Shown: in pieces, positions 55,659-64,000 of the stretch
How positions within the stretch are numbered: position 1 is the stretch's first letter
Layout: each line of letters begins with the position of its first letter
Assembly (NCBI GenBank): GCA_951406725.2
Contig: OX597815.1
Span: 109,678,001-109,742,000 of the forward strand
Direction of reading: 5' to 3'
From: Octopus vulgaris
Lineage: Eukaryota
Length of the DNA stretch: 64,000 nt
Made by a program: the position numbers and the translations under genes
The notes under the pieces: generated by a model
What the model was told of the DNA's origin: nothing
Databases searched by the model: none
The model's input: only the letters and a program-made list of their open reading frames with translations

Positions 55659-56323
55659 TGTATGTATGTATGTATGTATAAATGTGTAAGTGTATATGTA
55701 TATTTTTTATGTTAGCTTTACATATACTTGCATGTATATTTAGTAGCGGGTCTACTTGCTTGCCCATGTCGGTATGCGATAGAATGTTTGCGCCTCTATT
55801 TATGATGTGTACGTATGTCCATGTGTGTGTTTCATACAGCCGCATTCTTTACTCGAGAAACATCCATCATATGTGGAAAGCTCACTTCTAAGTTTAACAA
55901 ATGTTTCTCACAGTAATCCCTAGTCAATCCATCTATTTGAAACGCAGCTGTCCGTCACTCATTTTGGCAATATTATACGATATATTTATAAACATATATA
56001 TATGCATTTATTATTTTTTTTTTTACCTTATGAAAATTGCACCCCTACGACAGGTCAGTGTGATATTCCCTTTCTGTGTTCGCTTCTACCCGTATCTATT
56101 TTCTTAATTTTTCACCTCTACTTTTTTCTCTCTCCTTGTTTCATTGTCTCGTAGTATTAAAACAGGGAATATAATACAAGTACGACTTTACTATAAAAGA
56201 CGCTTCTTCTCCCAATACACCCCCAACCGCACCCCACATACACACACACGCGAGCACACATACACACATGTATAGATAGATATATACATACACAAATGTA
56301 TATACATATATGTGTGTATGGAA

Positions 56324-56373
<50 letters not shown>

Positions 56374-56415
56374 TCACATAGATAGCTATAAATCATAAAT
56401 AGCTATATACTTTTA

Positions 56416-56485
<70 letters not shown>

Positions 56486-56536
56486 TAATTTATACAGACA
56501 CATATATGTATAAGTGCAACTTTCTCGCTAGTTATT

Positions 56537-56549
56537 TGACCTTTGACCT
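56537..56549. promoter_or_regulatory. Perfect DR1 nuclear-receptor-type motif (TGACCT-T-TGACCT)
   Basis: Exact match within a unique-looking island; function unverified. Confidence 0.3.
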
Positions 56550-57594
56550 GTAGTTTTAATTTTAATCTACTAGATTAGGTACTCACAGTTCACAGTATCG
56601 GCCATAAATCCACAGATCCAAAGTTAGGCCATTTCATTTCTGTGTTTTTCTCGCACCAGGAATCTCTTTCTAATCATAGTTTTACTAACTTTTACATACC
56701 TCCACCAGCGCTAACACCACCACCAAAAGTACCGCTATCACTAACATCATCATCATCGTCATCGTCATCATCTCTCGACTTGCTCAATTATAAGGCTAAA
56801 ATGTTTTCACATCACACCCCGCCTTGTTAAACAAGAAAATACACATTTGATAAAGGAGGGAAGGGCAGAAACAGATTGCATAAAAACACTACAATGACGA
56901 AATAATTATGGCTGTAGTGTATTTGATCATGGGTCAGCTCGATCGGAAAAACTTATTGTTGGCCTAAATAACGTTATCAACATCCCTAATGGTTAAAATT
57001 TCGCTAGTAGATGAATCACGTGACTAAATAGTATTTATTGGCATCTCCATATTTTCAGCCTAATGTGTCTTGGGCATAGCCATAGCTGTGTGTTTAAGAA
57101 TTTCTTTCCGTAACTACGAAGTTTCATGATTGATCCCAATGAGTTTCACTTTAGTCTTGTGTCTTCTATAGCAATCTCGGATCAATTAAAGTCATACGTG
57201 TAGCGTGTATTGATGGAATCTAAGCTGAAGCATCTCGATGTGATTTTTTGCGGTGTTGAGCAGTAGAATCAATCAGTCGCACAATTTAACGTCCCCATTC
57301 GATCCTTGGGTGTCTTTAGGAAGGTTTGATCTACTACAAACGTTTGGACCATGTTTTTAGTCTTGAAATAAATTCTTCACCTCCCCTTCATCAGTTTTAC
57401 GAGCTTTGAAAGGAATTATGATCACTGATCTTAACAAGATGGCAAGTGAAAACAAGATGGCAAGTGAAACCATTGCAAATCCATCTGATATGAGGTGTAA
57501 TATTTGAAACCACTATCCTGGGGTGGTTTGATCGTTTGATTGTTATTGTGTTAGAACAGATATCTTCGCACAGTGCATGCACATATCCATGTGT

Positions 57595-57649
<55 letters not shown>

Positions 57650-57705
57650 CACACATGTACCTATATGCTGGTATGTGTGTGTGTGTGTGTGTGTGTAAAG
57701 ACTGG

Positions 57706-57746
<41 letters not shown>

Positions 57747-57849
57747 GTTCAGTTGGCATGTATGTATATGATAATACATATAATAAATATATAAGATATA
57801 TAATAAATAGATATAACCAAAGAACAGACACACAGATATGCAATTTATA

Positions 57850-58525
57850 TGTCGACCTGTAAAATTTAGCGTACTACAAACGTTTGGACCATGTTTTTTG
57901 TTTTTTTCACCACCTTCATCAGTTTACGAGTTTTACTAAACTTTTACATACACACAGCGCTAAAACACCAAAAGTACCATTAGCAAAATCTTATAATGAG
58001 CTAAAATGTTTCACATGGATATTGTTTTAGAACCACAGAAGTGCATTTGGGAGAAAAAACACAAAAACACTACAATAAATAATATATATATATATATATA
58101 CACACATGTACATATTGAAATAATAGATACAATAATAGATCATAGATAATAAAATAATAGATAGATAGATAATAGACAAAGATAGACCAGAAGAATTTCA
58201 TGAAAGAACACGAAGTTAAGACAATGAGACCAATGGTAATTGTAAAAGCGAAGAAAAGGAAAAACTTTTGTGAATTATTGTTTTTGGAAGCATCTCGATG
58301 TTTTTTCAGTAGAATCAGGTAAACAATTGTCCATTATCCTTGGGTGTCAAACAGATACTACAAAGAACCAAAAAAATTTTAGTCCATATTCTTCACCTCC
58401 CTTTTTTTACAAAAAATATGATCACTGATCTTAACAAGATGGCAAGTGAAAACAAGATGGCAAGTGAAACCATTGCAATATACATAATATTTGAATAATA
58501 ATAATAATGATAATGATATGATTTG

Positions 58526-58567
<42 letters not shown>

Positions 58568-58810
58568 ATAATAATAATAACAACAATAATAATACACACA
58601 ATATATAAGTACACACAAAATACAACATGTACATATGCTTATGTGTGTGTGTGTGTGTGTGTTTAAAGACTAGAGAAAAAATAGATAGTTGATAGATAGA
58701 TAGATAGATAAAGACAGACAGACAGATAGAATGTTGTTGGCTGTATGTATATACATATAGAGTGAGGGACGTGTCGAAAGAGAGACTGATGAACCAAAGA
58801 ACAGACATAA
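57850..58810 (+). repeat. Degraded mosaic duplicate of 56530-57845
   Basis: Shared blocks: tactacaaacgtttggaccatgttttt, cagcgctaa..caccaaaagtacc, gaagcatctcgatg, atgatcactgatcttaacaagatggcaagtgaaaacaagatggcaagtgaaaccattgcaa, aaccaaagaacagaca. Confidence 0.85.
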
Positions 58811-59079
58811 AGCACAGATCATGTTTATTTGTCTATGTATCTACATAATTTGTAACCATTTTATAGGTTATTGTTTTTGACGTACGAAAACACACATATT
58901 TAAATAATCGTATTCATCACATCTTATATATAAAATCATAAAAAATGAGAAGGAAACTTAGTGAAAGCAATAGGATATTGTTATAGAACAGAAAGTAATT
59001 TTTTAGAACGAAACATACACCGAATAAAATAAATACAATGATAATTAATAATTAAAACAATATATAAATGATACATGTA

Positions 59080-59116
<37 letters not shown>

Positions 59117-59186
59117 GACAGATATACGAGTAGAAATAGCAGTCAAAGAGATATAGCTATTCCTTCTACTATATATATATATATAC

Positions 59187-59239
<53 letters not shown>

Positions 59240-59417
59240 TATATATATGTACACACACAAACATACATACATATACCACTGGGTGTTTTCAAATATATAT
59301 TTGTTTGTGTAATTCTGTGTTTACAAACTCAGAGAAAAAATACTGTTTACGCTTGAAGTACACAAACACAAACACACACACACGATCTAGATTCTGTTCA
59401 ACGGTGTATTGTTGAGA

Positions 59418-59725
59418 CATTATTTCAAGATTTCTTGCCAATAGAAGAGGACCTCAAGAGACAACATTGGAAGTTCCAATAGAGAAGGGCCGAGAAGGCC
59501 GAGAAGGTTTCTAACCTAGATCCAAGGCTCCTTCACTGGAATTTCAACAACATCAACTGGGTATATTTGTACGTATGTATGTATATGTGCAGATTTCTGT
59601 GTCTTTTTTTAATGTATGTCTTCTCCTGCATAAACTTGTATATTTAGACATACTCTTATATACTTAAATGATAAACTTCTGGAAAGTTTTACAGATCTTT
59701 AGAGTTCCAGTGATGGCTTGGATCT
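59418..59725. mobile_element. Chimeric retroelement 3'-UTR-like fragment (59418-59550, minus) with a short inverted repeat
   Basis: agatccaaggctccttcactggaatttc (59518) pairs with gagttccagtgatggcttggatct (ends 59725). The minus strand resembles the 3' UTR at 10600-10670. Confidence 0.45.
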
Positions 59726-60003
59726 GTAGTCTATGCTTGTATTTCCAAGTTTGTCTGTCAGAAGATTCACATTTAACTAGTATTTATAATGCGGAGTATC
59801 AAATCCATACAAAACGCATTTGTATCATGCATATCAGAAAATATCTCCCGGGGAGGACAGTCTTTAGTAAATACCTTGAATCTGATCGCGGCGAAGGAAC
59901 CATCCTCTCATGTTAGTCAATGAATCGTGAAGGCAATAGAAATAAACTCTTTAATCATATCACCGAGCAGTATTATTCGTGTGTAAATGACGCGTGTGTG
60001 TGC

Positions 60004-60065
<62 letters not shown>

Positions 60066-60079
60066 ACACACACACACAC

Positions 60080-60435
60080 CTAAAGACCTAGAACTAATAA
60101 ATGTGACTTATGTTTAGAAGAATTTTATCAAATTTCTACATCTAAGGGTAATATGATCAGTTCTAGGCAGGAACAAGATTTAAGATGCGTGCACATGAGA
60201 AAATTCTCCTTTGCTTAGTATAATGAGTAAAAACATTTAAAACATGAACTGCTATAATACATCGATACTTGAGTATCGAACAACTTGAGTCGATAAACGA
60301 AAAACTTAAAACAGTTAAATCAAAGGAAATTAAAGTCATGATACTGAATAAACTACGCCGGTATTTTAGTAGGGTTGCAAGTGCAACGGTTGCTAATCGA
60401 TGCAGTTGAAACATGTGTAGGTCTATGTAAAGCTT
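60080..60435 (+). mobile_element. Penelope-like element 3' remnant: GIY-YIG C-terminus followed by a degenerate hammerhead-like motif (60341-60420)
   Basis: RTNKCDLCLEEFYQISTSKGNMISSRQEQDLRCVHMRKF (C.LC..E...LN.R.E...C.H pattern), then CUGAAUA-AACUAC...GCAGUU-GAAAC-AUGU; microsatellite flanks. Confidence 0.75.
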
Positions 60436-60506
<71 letters not shown>

Positions 60507-60564
60507 GAATTAAATGTAATTGTATGCCACTTCGTTATCATCATCATTTTTATTATTATAATTA

Positions 60565-60641
<77 letters not shown>

Positions 60642-60644
60642 GTT

Positions 60645-61320
60645 TGACCTTTGCTTTACATTTGTACAAGTTCGCTCCGAGTCTCACCCAGAGACCTCAA
60701 GAGACAACAAGTTGGAAGTTCATGTTGGTGTTATGCCTGGGGTGCCATATATTTGGTTTTGTACTTAGTGTTGTACTAGTGAATGCCTAAAAAAACATAC
60801 AAAAATTATGTTTGTTTTAAAATTTGAGATTAAATAGAAAGTATTTTGCATAGGATATGAGCAGTTCCCATGAGCATTATCTTTTGAATTTCTGCCATTT
60901 TGGGGTTTCCTGGTATCTGAGTTAGGTAGCAATCAGCCCCTTTTGCTATCATTCCAAGTGCACCTATGACAACAGGTGTTGTTTTAGTCTTCAGGTTCCA
61001 CATTTTTTTGATTTCTATTTCAAGATATTTATCTTTGCTAAGTTTTTGGTAGGTCTTGACAGATACGTTTATATCGATTGGGAAACTCATATCAATGAGG
61101 ATGCATGTTTTTTGTCTGATGTCTTTCAATATGATTTCTGGCCTATTCGCGTCTATCTTTCTGTCAGTTTGAATGGCGAAGTTCCAGAGGAGTGAGTTGT
61201 TGTCATTTTCAAGCACTGGGGGTGGTTTGTGTTCCCACCAGTTTTTATCATGGAGCAAGTCCAGGCTTTTGCAAATTACTCAGTGAATATATTGTGCAGC
61301 TCTATCATGCCTGTTGAGAT
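60645..61320 (-). mobile_element. R4/Dong-type LINE 3' portion (RHD motif and restriction-like endonuclease) between (TAA)n runs
   Basis: RHDRAAQYIH*VICK, then ORF 60830-61258 WWEHKPPPVLEN..LLWNFAIQTDRKIDANRPEIILKD..CILIDMSFP..PVVIGALGMI..QKIMLMGTAHIL. Confidence 0.93.
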
Positions 61321-61364
61321 ATTATTATTATTGTTATTATTATTATTATTGTTGTTGTTGTTGT

Positions 61365-61920
61365 CTTTACACAGCTTCTAACGCTGGAGATGTACTACGG
61401 TATTAGCTGTACACTACTAGTGAGCTAAGTTAAAACCTCATATTTTTCGAGCACCATCCGGTGTATTCGAGCCGTTCCTAGCAGTACTGTTTTCTGCAAG
61501 TGCTCCACACTAATTGCAGCCCGTATTTGTTCAATGTACTTCTCAAGATTTTTACTCACTGTTTCAAGGCTACTATTAACACCCTTTTCATCGACCAAGC
61601 CAACCTGTCACAACAAACAACACACACACACACACACACACACATCCACCACCTCCTCACAACTCACTCTCATCCTCAAAAATCAAAAATCCCCAAATCC
61701 AAACCACCACCCCCACCTCCCCACACAACACAAAACACCCTTCCCTATTTTCACACACACTTTCACACACACACACACACATACACACCACCTCACCATT
61801 TTGTCCACAAATTCTGCATTTATCACTTTCTGATGTGTTGTCAATTCCGTATTTCTTGTAATTGGTTCTTAATGCTTGCTCTTGGTCTTTCGGTTTTAAA
61901 TCCCTTTTAGTCATCCATAG
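61365..61920 (-). mobile_element. Second R4/Dong-type LINE fragment (zinc-knuckle region and C-terminus; middle garbled)
   Basis: QEQALRTNYKKYGIDNTSESDKCRICGQNGE, and TVSKNLEKYIEQIRAAISVEHLQKTVLLGTARIHRMVLEK*. Confidence 0.85.
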
Positions 61921-61925
61921 CCATC

Positions 61926-61977
<52 letters not shown>

Positions 61978-62200
61978 GTCAGTCGTCTTATTTTTACCAT
62001 GTGCTTTCACTGCACTACCGAGCGGCGCAACTCTGTGTGCATTGAATATGTGCTGTGGTTTGTTGTGATGCTCTTATTTTTACTGTATTGAAAGTGTTTT
62101 ACGTAGGGTGTGTGTGGTGCCTAGTAGTGCTATTATCCGTATGTTATATATATATATATGACAGTCCTGGTGTTTTTGTTATATATTTATCTGAACATTT
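61978..62200 (-). mobile_element. Third R4/Dong-type LINE extreme 3' end
   Basis: [35 protein letters not shown], then a UTR abutting (TAA)n. Confidence 0.8.
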
Positions 62201-62205
62201 TTATC

Positions 62206-62356
<151 letters not shown>

Positions 62357-62912
62357 TATATGCATATACAAACATAACATAAGTATATGCACACATACAC
62401 ACATGTAGGTGTATACGTTTGTGAATGACAGTGAAAAAGAGGTTAAAGAGCTATAGAACTTACTAACATACCAATACAATTATGAAAACAAACAATCAGG
62501 GTAACATGATCAGGTAAAGCAAATTTAAAGAAATACGACCAATACGAACAAATACACCTTCTCATATTCAACTTCATCTTACAAAGAACACCTTGAGATT
62601 TATCAGAAGTGTCAAAAAGAAGCGATAAAGACCTTTCTATTTTTATATATTTGTCGATTTCTCTGCTTCACCTCTCCTAATCTTTATGCACTCACTTGAG
62701 TGTCTCATTCGTTTTCCTATAAGTTTAAAAGATGTCATTGTTGAGCAAACAGTATGCAAAATTAGTTGAGAATATCACAATATATTCGTTACCAACATAA
62801 TATCTCTACTCACAGACGTCATGTACAATGTAGATGACAAAAAAAAAGCTATAAACATTCGAATATAATGACATTTGTTTGACATAATAAAATGTGCATT
62901 TTAGATATCTTG

Positions 62913-62934
62913 ATAGATAGATAGACAGATAGAA

Positions 62935-62971
<37 letters not shown>

Positions 62972-62984
62972 AATAGATAGATAA

Positions 62985-63077
<93 letters not shown>
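62913..63077. repeat. (GATA)n/(GACA)n microsatellite
   Basis: Direct run. Confidence 0.95.
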
Positions 63078-63236
63078 CTTATTTCTGAAGTACCCATATG
63101 TTTGTACATTTTGTTCATCCTTTCTATTGTTTTCCTAACATCATTCTTTTACAATTATATAAAAAATATCTAGATCCCATCATTTTGTTTTTCTATTTCT
63201 TATTTCAAAATTCCTCTTATTTTGCGTTTCCGCAAG

Positions 63237-63281
63237 GTTTTTGGCAACAATTGAGTTGGAGCCGAAGTTGGATGGTACAGA
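63237..63281 (+). CDS. Candidate 45-nt internal coding exon of an unidentified host gene, (R)FLATIELEPKLDGT(D/E)
   Basis: Long pyrimidine tract ending tttgcgtttccgcaAG, then 45 nt with elevated GC and non-repetitive codons, then a GTATGG donor; phase 2-2 and frame-preserving. Confidence 0.5.
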
Positions 63282-64000
63282 GTATGGACAAAGTGAATGA
63301 TGCCACTGAAAGAGAAATGTTTTCCTTAGATAAAGTATTGTAGCTTAGAATTTGTGTCTCAGAAAATAAATTGATGTTGCACTGTACACAATTGTTATTC
63401 ATTTCCGACATGTGAGATGTCAGAAGAGTTTAGTCACAGTACAATGTATATCTTTGTTCTGACTGAAGTCAATAGAGCTTTAGATAAAAACAACGCCTTA
63501 GTTATATTTGGTAACATCCATTATTTTCTCATCGCTGTTATTTCCCCCAACCAGTCCTAATCAAGCAAATATTTTGAGAAAGGATGCTGCAACCATGTAA
63601 GACAGACTGCATTGTTCAACTTGTTATTTACATTTTCAAGACAGTAGAGTATAATTGGAAAAAAATTTAGTTGCTGTTTCTGTCCGTTCGAATAATTGCA
63701 TTGCATTTCAGTTCTTCTTGCTTAAAAACAGTTCTGCCGTTTCAGAAAATACATAAATGCAGAGGTATTCCAATCTTGCAGACGCTTTTCTACTTGTAGC
63801 CTCTCTTGCACTACATTACAAAAGGTGCCATTATTGAAAACAGTTTGTTGGGATCTGTAAATTCTAGCTGATCAAACAGCTACGTGCATGCTTCTTCCTT
63901 GGTACTAAATATAAATGCTATGTTATAGTATGCGTTGGTCGCTAGACCTCTTTTTGCTTTAACAGATCAGTGACCGCTTAGAAACTAATCGTTTTTCATC

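Noticed and set aside
57434-57470. Repeated 18-mer, also at 58434, as a possible CRISPR-like array
   Set aside because: Only two abutting units with no spacers, in a eukaryotic context; the second occurrence belongs to the duplicated block.

Overview
AT-rich, microsatellite-saturated animal genomic DNA, most likely octopus. That assignment is inferred from the tRNA-derived SINE families and repeat landscape and is not proven. No complete host gene is visible, and nearly all ORFs in the track are translations of (TA)n, (CA)n, (TATG)n, (TATC)n or trinucleotide repeats. Recognisable content: at least 4 SINE-like families; decayed LINE fragments (RTE, L1/Tx1, six R4/Dong-type restriction-like-endonuclease 3' ends); Penelope-like (GIY-YIG) remnants; a Tc1 transposase remnant; several TA-flanked MITEs and foldbacks; a 1.3-kb non-autonomous Helitron; and one candidate 45-nt host coding exon near 63.26 kb, which would make the window mostly one large intron. 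The most notable signal is a set of short, non-coding, microsatellite-embedded elements carrying minimal type-I hammerhead-ribozyme-like folds (best copy 38896-38928, minus strand). Related observations are a 168-bp loop-less palindrome centred on an apparent hammerhead stem II and repeated nesting of these elements in the internal microsatellite of one SINE family. All family assignments come from motif recognition by eye; no searches were run.
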